Shown here one piece after another: positions 1-10,933 of a stretch of 64,000 nt of DNA. The position numbers and the translations under genes are program-made. Position 1 is the first letter of the stretch; each line of letters starts with the position of its first letter. Below the pieces are notes generated by a model. The model was not told the origin of the DNA, ran no database searches, and worked only from the letters and a program-made list of their open reading frames with translations. The stretch comes from a phage. Location: assembly GCA_036930585.1 (NCBI GenBank), contig GCA_036930585.1_3066.1, one strand, 5' to 3'.

Positions 1-226
1 CATATTCAAGAGGACCTTTTTCTGTTTCAATAAAGAAATCAAAATTTACTGTATTAAATTTACGTTCTTCCTTCACTAATTTAACTTGAGAAGATGAACG
101 GTCAATGTAAACCTTTTCAACTTCAAAACATGTTAAAATGCCATAATCATCAATCAAAGCTTTAGCCGCGTCTTGATCATATTTATATCCATTTTCAATG
201 GATGATACTTTCGCATAAAGAATCAT
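1..226 (-). CDS. hypothetical protein, partial (3' end beyond window start); start ATG at 226 overlaps upstream stop (ATGA)
   Basis: Open minus-strand frame from ATG at 224-226 running to position 1 (MILYAKVSSIENGYKYDQDAAK...); translationally coupled to ORF 229..627. Confidence 0.4.
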   Translation of the reverse strand, partial: MILYAKVSSIENGYKYDQDAAKALIDDYGILTCFEVEKVYIDRSSSQVKLVKEERKFNTVNFDFFIETEKGPLEY

Positions 227-228
227 TA

Positions 229-627
229 TCAGCCTTCATCAACAATAGTGTGAGTATTAGCATTTACGATTTGCCACCAATCAAAGCGATTAGAATCCAT
301 CGGTTTGTTTTCATTTTCTTTGATAATGTCACGGAGTTCATCTTCAGAGAATGCTTTAGCGATTAAATCGGTATACCCACCACGTGGATAATAATTATCA
401 CCTGCAAACAAAAGGAAATTTACCTTCCCGGAAGGAACATACGCTTCCTTAGGATACTTGTTTCCTGCGTGGTCAACCACTTCAATATAACGGTAAGGAA
501 TATCGGTTCTTTCAACCCATTGCCATGCCGCTGCAGGGGAATCGAAAGCATCTACACCTAAACGATTATCTTCATCTTTAGACGGATTATTTTCGTAATC
601 CGCATATACATAATATTCAACGTTCAT
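229..627 (-). CDS. hypothetical protein (132 aa)
   Basis: ORF track; start overlaps stop of upstream ORF (TAATG); no recognisable motif. Confidence 0.5.
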   Translation of the reverse strand: MNVEYYVYADYENNPSKDEDNRLGVDAFDSPAAAWQWVERTDIPYRYIEVVDHAGNKYPKEAYVPSGKVNFLLFAGDNYYPRGGYTDLIAKAFSEDELRDIIKENENKPMDSNRFDWWQIVNANTHTIVDEG

Positions 628-812
628 TATTCACCTTTAGAAATTTTATCCATAACAATAGCAATTAAACCAATTAAAAATGCTACTACAAGTGAAAACA
701 CATTTTCTGCTGTAGTCAATAATCCACATATAAATCCAACAAACATTGAAAAACTAAAAGCGGAAGCAGAAATTGCAATAGCAACATTTCGAATTAATTC
801 ACAACGTTTCAT
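627..812 (-). CDS. small hydrophobic protein, two predicted transmembrane helices (61 aa)
   Basis: ORF track; two hydrophobic stretches; RBS GAGGAGAATAAAATG; sits directly downstream of an early-promoter stem-loop. Confidence 0.5.
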   Translation of the reverse strand: MKRCELIRNVAIAISASAFSFSMFVGFICGLLTTAENVFSLVVAFLIGLIAIVMDKISKGE

Positions 813-870
813 TTTATTCTCCTCAGTAGTAGATAGGGTAATAGTATCACTACCCTATCTAAAAGTAAAC
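813..870 (-). promoter_or_regulatory. early-promoter stem-loop module (PeSL-like): GTTTAC -35, extended -10 TGATACTAT inside a 10-bp inverted repeat
   Basis: Plus-strand gtaaac at 865-870; inverted repeat agatagggta/taccctatct (831-860) with loop atagtatcac; orientation matches downstream minus-strand gene. Confidence 0.45.
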
Positions 871-1104
871 TTATTTTTTACGAAAAATTGATTTATTTTC
901 TGCTGCCCATTTTTCAATAACTGCAGCAGGACCAGTAACAACAATTTTATCACCGTAATCTTCTGCGGCGAGTTGACCGAAATTATCTAATGCATCACGA
1001 AGAACTCCATGAGGCATTTCACCCATTTTATCTTTCTTGCCAGTGTAAATAAACTCAACTTTTACATCAGCAGTTTCAGCAATAAATTCTTGGTAAGTTT
1101 TCAT
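871..1104 (-). CDS. internal-protein-like small protein with capsid-targeting-sequence-like N-terminus (MKTYQEFIAE); track ORF extends to 1116
   Basis: N-terminus MKTYQEFIAE matches the T4 internal-protein capsid targeting sequence as I recall it; ends in I-A-E, a gp21-protease-type site; located in the IP position next to 57B. Confidence 0.6.
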   Translation of the reverse strand: MKTYQEFIAETADVKVEFIYTGKKDKMGEMPHGVLRDALDNFGQLAAEDYGDKIVVTGPAAVIEKWAAENKSIFRKK

Positions 1105-1116
1105 TTTGATTTCCAT

Positions 1117-1180
1117 TTGGTTTTGTTTTGATAGGGTAATAGTATCACAACTAAAACCCTATGTAAACAACTTTGTGAAA
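1117..1180 (-). promoter_or_regulatory. early-promoter stem-loop module (PeSL-like)
   Basis: gtaaac at 1163-1168 (minus-strand GTTTAC), TGATACTAT -10 in loop of inverted repeat atagggt/accctat; near-identical 35-bp box tgtaaacaactttgtgaaattattttaaatcttct shared with 1491-1525. Confidence 0.45.
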
Positions 1181-1438
1181 TTATTTTAAATCTTCTAATC
1201 GTTTCTTCATCTTAGAACCATTTTTAGCAATTTCTCCTGCATCGGAGCATAATGCTAAAAGTGCTTTAACTTTAGTTTGGTCTCCTTTAAAAGATGAAGG
1301 ATCGACCGCAGCAGCAAGTTCTTTAATACGAGAGAAAAGACGCTCAGCTTCAGCTAAAGCCATTCCAAGCTTTACTTCCATACCGTGGGAAGATTCAGTG
1401 ATAGTAGTTTTTGTAGCAAACTCTTTGAAAGTTTTCAT
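1181..1438 (-). CDS. internal-protein-like small protein (85 aa) with CTS-like N-terminus MKTFKEFATK...ITE
   Basis: ORF track; N-terminal similarity to CTS pattern MKT(Y/F)(Q/K)EF; I-T-E candidate gp21 cleavage site; RBS AGGAAA upstream. Confidence 0.55.
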   Translation of the reverse strand: MKTFKEFATKTTITESSHGMEVKLGMALAEAERLFSRIKELAAAVDPSSFKGDQTKVKALLALCSDAGEIAKNGSKMKKRLEDLK

Positions 1439-1455
1439 TTTTATTTTCCTAATTA

Positions 1456-1511
1456 ATTTTGATGAGGTAATAGTATCACTACCTCATCAGTATGTAAACA
1501 ACTTTGTGAAA
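1456..1511 (-). promoter_or_regulatory. early-promoter stem-loop module (PeSL-like)
   Basis: gtaaac at 1494-1499; inverted repeat gatgaggt/acctcatc (1461-1488) enclosing GTGATACTATTACC. Confidence 0.45.
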
Positions 1512-2196
<685 letters not shown>

Positions 2197-2197
<1 letters not shown>

Positions 2198-2922
2198 TAT
2201 AGTACCTTTAGTGTATTTTTAATTTTAGAAAAAAGTTCTTCAAGAGAACCATCGTTTGTAATTACTAAATCGCCATCACGAATTGGCAATCCAGCTTCTG
2301 TAATATGTGTATCATTGGATTTTTGACCAGGACGAACTACATGAATTACTGTAGCACCCATCGCCCTAGCCGCATCCATTTCATGATCTTGACGGGTATC
2401 AGGAACGATATAATAATCATAACCTGAGTTAAATTTATCAAGATAATCTAAAGCAAATAATTTTACCCAGTACATGCGGTCGAAGTTATTAACAATCAAA
2501 TCCGTACCTAGGGCTTGCATCAGACGACGGACTGACCATTGATCTTCAATATTATTTATAACGTCAATAATCTTGTTAAATGCTACGGAATTAACTGATT
2601 CTTGTCCTTCGTCATCAAAAACAAACACACCTTTAATTGGGCTTTTACCATTAAGATAGCAAAATGCTTGTTCCATAATCGTGATTACTTCTAATTTAGT
2701 TAGATTTAAATTAGTCTCACGATCATAGTCAATTCCTTCAAACTCTTTACGAGTTAAGCAAGGATAGTCGGTATTTGCTGCAAATACTCCCCATGCATAA
2801 GCCAATGCATCCTTAATAGGACCAGCAAGTTGGTATTTAACTGCAGAATAATTGCTCATGATAAAATCAGCAGTAGTATCTTTTCCACTACGCTTTACAC
2901 CGCTTAAAAAGATTAGTTTCAT
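2197..2922 (-). CDS. 1: deoxynucleoside monophosphate kinase
   Basis: 241 aa, P-loop GVKRSGKDT near N-terminus, matches T4 gp1 length and position. Confidence 0.85.
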
Positions 2923-2971
2923 ATGTTTCTCCTCAAATTTAGTTAAGATTATAACACATGAAACTGAAGCA

Positions 2972-3502
2972 TTAAACTTCCGCTATAATTTTTCCATCTT
3001 TTTCTACTTGAAAATACGTATAAGGAATCGTTGCTGTACATACTAAAGCCGGGTCTGAATCTTCTGTGTAGCTAAATTCTACTTCAGATAGGTCAGAAAC
3101 CCAAGGCTTATAAAAATTTATTGACATCACGATTTCAGTTTTGCTATTATCTAAAATGTAAAGCGTAATGTATTCAGGACCTGTTTTTTGGGCAGTATTT
3201 TCACCTGTAAGATAGTTGCTAGTTCCTAGCATCCATTCATACATTCCTATCCATGACTTAAGTTCTTCATCAACTATAAATCTCACGATGAGTGGATCGT
3301 ACTCAAATGTAGCACCTGGACGTTGTGCTCGGCCCAGTCCAAACGGCCCAGTCACGGTATCAGTAACAGGTATTCTAATTCCTGGAATAGGAACTGACTG
3401 AGCATTTAAAGTAAAAGCAGATGTAGTATTACTATGTGGTATTGATACTACAAAGTTAGTTGTATTTGCTTGGTTAAAAATTTGTTGCAGTGCTTGCGAC
3501 AT
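2972..3502 (-). CDS. 3: tail completion / sheath stabiliser protein gp3
   Basis: 176 aa from internal ATG at 3502 (MSQALQQ..., RBS GAGGAA); track ORF starts 27 codons upstream at 3583; T4 order 1-3-2-4. Confidence 0.7.
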   Translation of the reverse strand: MSQALQQIFNQANTTNFVVSIPHSNTTSAFTLNAQSVPIPGIRIPVTDTVTGPFGLGRAQRPGATFEYDPLIVRFIVDEELKSWIGMYEWMLGTSNYLTGENTAQKTGPEYITLYILDNSKTEIVMSINFYKPWVSDLSEVEFSYTEDSDPALVCTATIPYTYFQVEKDGKIIAEV

Positions 3503-3608
3503 ATATTCCTCATAATGCTTTATAACTGTTGGTGGTATAATGGGTCTAAGTCCCTTCCATTCAATTCCATTTAGAACAAACAACAGAAAAGAATGGAAGA
3601 TAATAGAA

Positions 3609-4433
3609 TTAGATATTTGACCAGACTTTGTTTGCAGAGAAACGTTTTCCTTTGGAGTAGAAGCTTTGGAGTGGCATCAACACAACGTTCGCCCAGTCTT
3701 TCGGGGCGATTTCAACAAGGCTACCCATAATATTACCAGGTATATATGCCTTAATCATTTGGTCTGCACCCCTAAATCCTTTCACTTGACTCCAATCAAT
3801 TTTTAATTTCGTTTTATTAGTAATAGTAGGTGTATTTGCATATTGCTTTAAAAGCTCTTCTAGAAACTGTTGACGAGCTTTAGGTGGAATATAGTGCAAG
3901 TTCAATCCGTACATTAAATTATGCTTACCTAAACCAAGGTAAATTATCAAAGGAAATTTATCCCAGTAAGGAAGAGTTTCCTTGTGTTTAGCATCATAAG
4001 CAAAAGCATATATTCGTCCCGGCTGCGGGCGAACAACTTTATGTCCTTTTACTTGCTTAATAGTTTCAGCAAACCACTTTCTGGTTTTATTATTAATTGC
4101 TGCGCCTTCATTACGAATTTTATCGCGCAATGTTTGTCTGAATGAATTTATCATAAGCAGTTGTCTTTCTTGCTTATTGAGTTTATTCATTGGTTTTGAT
4201 TCAAGCTTTTGAATCTTTTCAGCCGTTTTAATTCCTGAAGCATATTTTGACATTGCTGAAGTAAACGTAGAGTATTTGATTCCTCTTTCTTCAGCAAATT
4301 GCTTTCCTGTCATTCCTTTTGCTTTGGCCTTTTTATATTCAAGACCTATCTGAATCCATTTCTTTTCGTTTAATGATTGCTTAACCTTTGGAACTTGGGG
4401 AGTGCTTTCATTAATTATTTGAAAAATAGCCAT
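3609..4433 (-). CDS. 2: DNA end protector protein gp2
   Basis: 274 aa, same length and position as T4 gp2. Confidence 0.8.
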   Translation of the reverse strand: MAIFQIINESTPQVPKVKQSLNEKKWIQIGLEYKKAKAKGMTGKQFAEERGIKYSTFTSAMSKYASGIKTAEKIQKLESKPMNKLNKQERQLLMINSFRQTLRDKIRNEGAAINNKTRKWFAETIKQVKGHKVVRPQPGRIYAFAYDAKHKETLPYWDKFPLIIYLGLGKHNLMYGLNLHYIPPKARQQFLEELLKQYANTPTITNKTKLKIDWSQVKGFRGADQMIKAYIPGNIMGSLVEIAPKDWANVVLMPLQSFYSKGKRFSANKVWSNI

Positions 4434-4885
4434 TATGCCCCCTTAAAGCCAAGAGCTCGTAATCCATCTTCTGTCAGAATTCTAAATTTTATTCCACGCT
4501 TTTCAGCTAAAGCTTGCGCTGCTTTCCATTTGTCGGTATTAACGGAATATGTATAAATTTCATTCATAAATCTTTTCTTCGCTGCGGTTGTTAGATGTGC
4601 TGGTTTAACTGGTGGTTGTGTTTCTTTTTTAGGCTTTATTTCAATAAAAAATTCTTGCCCAGAAGAATCTTTCATCCAAATATCCATGAAGTATCTACGT
4701 TTTTTCCCTTCGGCATTACAAAAATAAGGAATTACTGCTGTTTCACTACCCCATGCAATAATTTCTGGATTTTTATCTAACCATTCAAAAAAGAATTTTT
4801 CCCAATTTGATCTATACGTAATTTTTTTAGGGTCACCTCTATACTTTGATATATTTTTAGGAACCCATTTTCCAGAATATGCCAT
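4433..4885 (-). CDS. 4: head completion protein gp4
   Basis: 150 aa, overlaps gene 2 start (ATGA), position as T4. Confidence 0.8.
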   Translation of the reverse strand: MAYSGKWVPKNISKYRGDPKKITYRSNWEKFFFEWLDKNPEIIAWGSETAVIPYFCNAEGKKRRYFMDIWMKDSSGQEFFIEIKPKKETQPPVKPAHLTTAAKKRFMNEIYTYSVNTDKWKAAQALAEKRGIKFRILTEDGLRALGFKGA

Positions 4886-4896
4886 TGGATTCTCCT

Positions 4897-4919
4897 TATA
4901 AATAGATAATATATTTATA
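4897..4919. promoter_or_regulatory. divergent T4-type late promoters (TATAAATA) for gene 53 (+) and gene 4 (-)
   Basis: tataaata at 4897-4904 (+) and tatttata at 4912-4919 (= TATAAATA on minus). Confidence 0.55.
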
Positions 4920-4932
4920 AACAGGAGGGCCC

Positions 4933-5523
4933 ATGCTCTTTACATTTTTTGATCCGATTGAATATGCGGCCAAAACGGTGAATAAAAACGCGCCGACTAT
5001 TCCTATGACAGATATTTTTAGAAACTATAAAGACTATTTTAAACGCGCTCTTGCGGGATACCGCTTACGTACTTATTATATCAAAGGTTCACCACGCCCG
5101 GAAGAATTAGCAAATACTATATATGGAAATCCACAGTTGTATTGGGTTTTATTGATGTGTAATGATAATTATGACCCGTATTATGGATGGATTACTTCAC
5201 AAGAAGCAGCTTATCAAGCATCTATACAAAAATACAAAAATGTAGGTGGAGACCAAATAGTATATCATGTGAATGAGAACGGTGAAAAATTTTATAATTT
5301 AATATCATACGATGATAATCCATATGTTTGGTATGATAAAGGTGATAAAGCTAGAAAATATCCTCAATATGAAGGAGCACTTGCTGCTGTTAATACGTAT
5401 GAAGATGCTGTTCTTGAAAATGAAAAACTTCGTCAAATAAAAATAATAGCAAAATCAGACATTAATTCATTTATGAACGACCTTATACGTATAATGGAGA
5501 AATCTTATGGAAATGATAAGTAA
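4933..5523 (+). CDS. 53: baseplate wedge protein gp53
   Basis: 196 aa, position before gene 5. Confidence 0.8.
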   Translation: MLFTFFDPIEYAAKTVNKNAPTIPMTDIFRNYKDYFKRALAGYRLRTYYIKGSPRPEELANTIYGNPQLYWVLLMCNDNYDPYYGWITSQEAAYQASIQKYKNVGGDQIVYHVNENGEKFYNLISYDDNPYVWYDKGDKARKYPQYEGALAAVNTYEDAVLENEKLRQIKIIAKSDINSFMNDLIRIMEKSYGNDK

Positions 5524-7237
5524 TAACCTTAATTGGTTTGTTGGTGTTGTTGAAGATAGAATGGACCCATTAAAATTAGGTCGTGTTCGTGTTCGTGTGG
5601 TTGGTCTGCATCCACCTCAAAGAGCACAAGGCGATGTAATGGGTATTCCAACTGAAAAATTACCATGGATGTCAGTTATTCAACCTATAACTTCTGCAGC
5701 AATGTCTGGAATTGGAGGTTCTGTTACTGGACCGGTAGAAGGAACTAGAGTTTATGGTCATTTTTTAGACAAATGGAAAACTAACGGAATTGTCCTTGGC
5801 ACGTATGGTGGAATAGTTCGCGAAAAACCTAATAGACTTGAAGGATTTTCTGATCCGACTGGACAGTATCCTAGACGTCTAGGAAATGATACTAACGTAT
5901 TAAACCAAGGCGGAGAAGTAGGATATGATTCGTCTTCTAATATTATCCAAGATAGCAATCTAGACACTGCGATAAATCCTGATGATAGACCACTATCAGA
6001 GATTCCAACTGATGATAATCCAAATATGTCAATGGCTGAAATGCTTCGCCGTGATGAAGGATTAAGACTAAAAGTTTATTGGGATACCGAAGGATATCCG
6101 ACAATTGGTATTGGTCATCTTATCATGAAGCAGCCAGTTCGTGATATGGCTCAAATTAATAAAGTTTTATCAAAACAAGTTGGTCGTGAAATTACTGGAA
6201 ACCCAGGTTCTATTACAATGGAAGAGGCGACAGCTTTATTTGAGCGTGATTTGGCTGATATGCAACGTGACATTAAATCACATTCTAAAGTTGGCCCAGT
6301 CTGGCAAGCTGTCAACCGTTCTCGTCAAATGGCATTAGAAAATATGGCATTTCAGATGGGTGTTGGTGGTGTAGCTAAATTTAACACAATGTTAACTGCT
6401 ATGTTAGCCGGAGATTGGGAAAAGGCATATAAAGCTGGTCGTGATTCATTGTGGTATCAACAAACAAAAGGCCGTGCATCCCGTGTTACCATGATTATTC
6501 TTACGGGGAATTTGGAATCATACGGTGTTGAAGTAAAAACCCCAGCTAGGTCTCTATCAGCAATGACTGCTACTGTAGCTAAATCTTCTGACCCGGCTGA
6601 TCCTCCTATTCCAAATGACTCTAGAATTTTATTCAAAGAACCAGTTTCTTCATATAAAGGCGAATATCCTTATGTGCACACAATGGAAACTGAAAGTGGA
6701 CATATTCAGGAATTTGATGATACTCCTGGGCAAGAACGATACAGATTAGTTCATCCAACTGGAACTTATGAAGAAGTATCACCGTCAGGAAGAAGAACAA
6801 GAAAAACTGTCGATAATTTGTATGATATAACCAACGCTGATGGTAATTTTTTGGTAGCCGGTGATAAAAAGACTAACGTCGGTGGATCAGAAATTTATTA
6901 CAACATGGATAATCGTCTTCACCAAATAGATGGAAGCAATACAATATTTGTACGTGGCGATGAAACTAAGACAGTTGAAGGCAATGGAACTATCCTAGTT
7001 AAAGGTAATGTTACTATTGTAGTTGAAGGTAATGCTGACATTACAGTTAAAGGAGATGCTACCACTTTAGTTGAAGGAAATCAAACTAACACAGTAAATG
7101 GAAATCTTTCTTGGAAAGTTGCTGGGACAGTTGATTGGGACGTTGGTGGTGATTGGACAGAAAAAATGGCATCTATGAGTTCTATTTCATCTGGTCAATA
7201 CACAATTGATGGTAGCCGTGTGGATATTGGGTTATAA
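5507..7237 (+). CDS. 5: baseplate central spike / tail lysozyme gp5
   Basis: 576 aa; lysozyme domain DEGLRLKVYWDTEGYPTIGIGHL (T4-lysozyme-like E/D/T); C-terminal VxGxxxxx beta-helix repeats. Confidence 0.92.
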   Translation: MEMISNNLNWFVGVVEDRMDPLKLGRVRVRVVGLHPPQRAQGDVMGIPTEKLPWMSVIQPITSAAMSGIGGSVTGPVEGTRVYGHFLDKWKTNGIVLGTYGGIVREKPNRLEGFSDPTGQYPRRLGNDTNVLNQGGEVGYDSSSNIIQDSNLDTAINPDDRPLSEIPTDDNPNMSMAEMLRRDEGLRLKVYWDTEGYPTIGIGHLIMKQPVRDMAQINKVLSKQVGREITGNPGSITMEEATALFERDLADMQRDIKSHSKVGPVWQAVNRSRQMALENMAFQMGVGGVAKFNTMLTAMLAGDWEKAYKAGRDSLWYQQTKGRASRVTMIILTGNLESYGVEVKTPARSLSAMTATVAKSSDPADPPIPNDSRILFKEPVSSYKGEYPYVHTMETESGHIQEFDDTPGQERYRLVHPTGTYEEVSPSGRRTRKTVDNLYDITNADGNFLVAGDKKTNVGGSEIYYNMDNRLHQIDGSNTIFVRGDETKTVEGNGTILVKGNVTIVVEGNADITVKGDATTLVEGNQTNTVNGNLSWKVAGTVDWDVGGDWTEKMASMSSISSGQYTIDGSRVDIGL

Positions 7238-7240
7238 ATA
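7233..7240 (+). promoter_or_regulatory. T4-type late promoter TATAAATA overlapping gene 5 stop, upstream of GIY-YIG gene
   Basis: tataaata at 7233-7240, about 15 nt before ATG 7256. Confidence 0.5.
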
Positions 7241-7255
7241 ATTCAGAGGTAAATT

Positions 7256-8119
7256 ATGAAGAAATCCAAAACCATACAATTCCGTTACATTTATAAATCA
7301 ACAGTAACCAACCCAAAGGGGTTGGTTCGAATATATATAGGAAAGCATGAATCCAGATATTTTAATCTAGAGGATGATAATTACGTAGGAAGCGGGGATT
7401 ATATACAAAAGATTAAAAACAAACCAGGCTATGCTATAGATTTCGAAATTATCGAATTCGTTTCAACACTCGATGTTTTAAATGAAAGAGAAAAATTTTG
7501 GATATCTGAATATAGAAAAACGGGCCAGTGTGTTAATATAAAAGACGGTGGAGATGGATTTTCTTCAAACGATTTAAAACGAATGTGGTCTAATCCTGAG
7601 TATCGAGAAACTCAACTTAAAGCTTTGGCAAAAGGAAAATCTACAAAAGAATTTTCAGAAAAAATTTCAAAAATTAATAAACTTAGATGTTCGGAATCGG
7701 AATATCGAAAGAAAATGAGTAATGCGATGAAAACTGCTTTTGAAAATGATCCCACATTAAAAATTCGTATTTCTAATACTGTCAAATCTTTATGGAAATC
7801 CGATGAATATAGAAACAAATTAATTAATCATCCAGGAAAAATAGAAGGAACGAAAAAATCCTGGAATAATCCTTTAATAAGAAAATCAAGATTAGATACT
7901 AGAAATAAAAAACTAAGATCAGTTGAACCTTGGATTAGTATTGAAAAAGTCAAAAAACTTTGGGAGGATTTGGGAAAACCTCATCCGCAGAAATATAAAT
8001 GGTTTAGAGAAAAAGCAATTGAACATAATCTACCGGATGTAAGTTATAACGCAATTTTAAAAGCATTGAAAAAATGTGATTATAAATTTACACCATTGGA
8101 GAATTCAATAATTGGCTAA
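7256..8119 (+). mobile_element. GIY-YIG homing endonuclease (Seg-like) with NUMOD3-type repeats
   Basis: N-terminal YIY...YIGK...E...N catalytic pattern (RYIYKSTVTNPKGLVRIYIGK, EREKFWISEY, NIKDGG); repeated SNPEYRETQL / SESEYRKKMS / KSDEYRNKL modules. Confidence 0.8.
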
Positions 8120-8153
8120 TATACTTCCTTTAAATACCGACTTAGGAGAATCC

Positions 8154-8648
8154 ATGGAAGGTTCTTCTATCGACGTCACCTTTACCGCTCAATTAGAAAC
8201 AGGTGAAACGTTAGTATCTATAAATATAACTAGTTACGAAGAAACTCCTGGGGTTTTAGTAGAAGAAAATCGCTTATACGGAACATATGAATCTGTGTTT
8301 GGATTTGGAAATGACGCGTTGAAATATCGTTTAGGCGATGAATTTAAAACTGCTGCTTCATGGGAAGAACTTCCTACTGATTCTGATACTCAGTTGTATT
8401 TATGGAAAGCTCCTCAAAACCTCCAGAAGACATTCACTTACGAAGTAACATTAATATATGACTACCAAGAACAAAGTGAATCTGGAGGTTCTGGCAGTAA
8501 TTCTAGGTCATCTTCTGATACTACTGAACCGACAGATCCTCCTGCTCCAGTAAGAAAAACTCTCGTTAAAAATTATACTAAAACTATAGTTGGAAATTGG
8601 AGTCGTTGGGCTAATAAATTAAGAAGCTATGTGTATGAGAGGTCATAG
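8154..8648 (+). CDS. hypothetical protein (gene 5.x region); track ORF starts at TTG 8112
   Basis: ATG at 8154 with GGAG RBS; acidic, Ser/Thr/Pro-rich C-terminal half. Confidence 0.5.
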
Positions 8649-8942
8649 ATGTCAGGATTAAGTTATGATAAATGTGTTACTGCTGGTCATGAAGCATGGC
8701 CTCCAACAGTTGTGAATGCTACACAAAGTAAAGTATTCACTGGAGGAATTGCTGTTCTCGTAGCAGGTGATCCAATTACAGAACATACAGAAATTAAAAA
8801 GCCATATGAAACACATGGCGGAGTGACACAACCTAGAACTTCTAAGGTATATGTCACTGGAAAGAAAGCTGTTCAAATGGCTGATCCAATATCATGCGGT
8901 GATACTGTGGCTCAGGCATCATCTAAAGTATTCATTAAATAG
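8649..8942 (+). CDS. 5.4: PAAR-like central spike tip protein gp5.4
   Basis: 97 aa, immediately upstream of gene 6 as in T4. Confidence 0.75.
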
Positions 8943-8950
8943 GATTCAAA

Positions 8951-10933
8951 ATGGCAAATACCCCTGTAAATTATCAATTAACAAGAACAGCAAATGCTAT
9001 TCCCGAGATATTCGTCGGGGGTACGTTTGCTGAAATAAAACAAAACCTCATTGAATGGCTTAATGGCCAAAATGAATTTTTGGATTATGATTTTGAAGGC
9101 TCAAGATTAAACGTTCTGTGTGACCTTTTAGCTTATAATACATTGTACATTCAACAGTTTGGTAATGCTGCTGTGTATGAAAGCTTTATGCGTACTGCTA
9201 ACTTACGAAGTTCAGTTGTTCAAGCTGCACAAGATAACGGATATTTACCTACTTCAAAATCCGCTGCGCAGACCGAAATTATGTTAACATGCACCGACGC
9301 ATTGAATAGGAATTACATTACTATTCCTCGCGGAACTCGCTTTTTAGCATATGCAAAAGATACTTCTGTTAATCCATATAACTTCGTTTCTACCGAAGAC
9401 GTTATTGCTATTCGTGATAAAAATAACCAATATTTTCCGCGTTTAAAATTGGCCCAGGGACGTATAGTAAGAACTGAAATCATTTATGATAAATTAACAC
9501 CTATTATCATTTATGATAAAAATATTGATAGAAACCAGGTTAAATTATACGTTAATGGAGCAGAATGGATTAACTGGACAAGAAAGTCAATGGTTCATGC
9601 TGGTTCTACATCGACAATTTACTACATGCGTGAAACTATTGATGGAAATACTGAATTCTATTTTGGTGAAGGTGAAATTTCTGTTAATGCTTCTGAAGGA
9701 GCTTTGACCGCTAATTATATCGGAGGTCTTAAACCTACTCAGAACTCTACGATTGTTATTGAGTACATCAGTACTAATGGTGCTGACGCGAACGGAGCAG
9801 TCGGATTTTCATACGCAGATACATTAACAAATATAACTGTCATCAATATTAATGAAAATCCAAACGATGACCCAGATTTTGTTGGGGCAGATGGCGGCGG
9901 TGATCCAGAAGATATTGAGCGTATCCGCGAATTGGGTACTATTAAACGCGAAACCCAGCAACGCTGCGTAACTGCGACTGACTATGATACATTCGTTTCA
10001 GAGAGATTTGGTTCTATTATTCAAGCAGTTCAGACTTTCACTGATTCTACTAAACCTGGTTATGCATTTATTGCTGCTAAACCTAAATCAGGCCTGTATT
10101 TAACTACTGTACAGCGTGAAGATATTAAAAATTATCTCAAAGACTATAATTTAGCTCCTATTACGCCATCAATTATTTCTCCTAATTATCTTTTTATTAA
10201 GACTAATTTAAAAGTCACATATGCTTTAAATAAGCTGCAAGAATCCGAACAGTGGCTCGAAGGTCAAATAATTGATAAAATTGATCGTTATTATACCGAA
10301 GACGTAGAAATTTTTAATTCATCTTTCGCTAAATCTAAGATGTTGACATATGTAGATGATGCAGATCATTCTATCATTGGCTCATCAGCGACAATTCAAA
10401 TTGTTCGTGAAGTACAAAACTTCTATAAAACGCCTGAAGCAGGTATTAAATACAATAATCAAATAAAAGATCGTTCTATGGAATCTAATACGTTTTCATT
10501 TAATTCTGGACGAAAGGTTGTAAATCCTGATACTGGTTTAGAAGAAGATGTATTATATGACGTTCGCATAGTATCAACAGACCGAGATTCTAAAGGAATT
10601 GGTAAAGTTATTATTGGTCCATTTGCTTCTGGCGATGTTACAGAAAATGAAAACATTCAGCCATATACAGGCAACGATTTTAACAAATTAGCAAATTCTG
10701 ATGGACGCGACAAATACTATGTTATCGGTGAAATAAATTATCCAGCTGATGTGATTTATTGGAATATCGCTAAAATTAATTTAACATCTGAAAAATTTGA
10801 AGTTCAGACCATCGAATTATATTCTGACCCAACCGATGATGTTATCTTTACTCGCGACGGTTCACTGATTGTATTTGAAAATGACTTACGTCCACAATAC
10901 TTAACTATCGATTTGGAGCCTATATCACAATGA
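8951..10933 (+). CDS. 6: baseplate wedge protein gp6
   Basis: 660 aa, same as T4 gp6; overlaps gene 7 start (ATGA). Confidence 0.9.
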   Translation: MANTPVNYQLTRTANAIPEIFVGGTFAEIKQNLIEWLNGQNEFLDYDFEGSRLNVLCDLLAYNTLYIQQFGNAAVYESFMRTANLRSSVVQAAQDNGYLPTSKSAAQTEIMLTCTDALNRNYITIPRGTRFLAYAKDTSVNPYNFVSTEDVIAIRDKNNQYFPRLKLAQGRIVRTEIIYDKLTPIIIYDKNIDRNQVKLYVNGAEWINWTRKSMVHAGSTSTIYYMRETIDGNTEFYFGEGEISVNASEGALTANYIGGLKPTQNSTIVIEYISTNGADANGAVGFSYADTLTNITVININENPNDDPDFVGADGGGDPEDIERIRELGTIKRETQQRCVTATDYDTFVSERFGSIIQAVQTFTDSTKPGYAFIAAKPKSGLYLTTVQREDIKNYLKDYNLAPITPSIISPNYLFIKTNLKVTYALNKLQESEQWLEGQIIDKIDRYYTEDVEIFNSSFAKSKMLTYVDDADHSIIGSSATIQIVREVQNFYKTPEAGIKYNNQIKDRSMESNTFSFNSGRKVVNPDTGLEEDVLYDVRIVSTDRDSKGIGKVIIGPFASGDVTENENIQPYTGNDFNKLANSDGRDKYYVIGEINYPADVIYWNIAKINLTSEKFEVQTIELYSDPTDDVIFTRDGSLIVFENDLRPQYLTIDLEPISQ

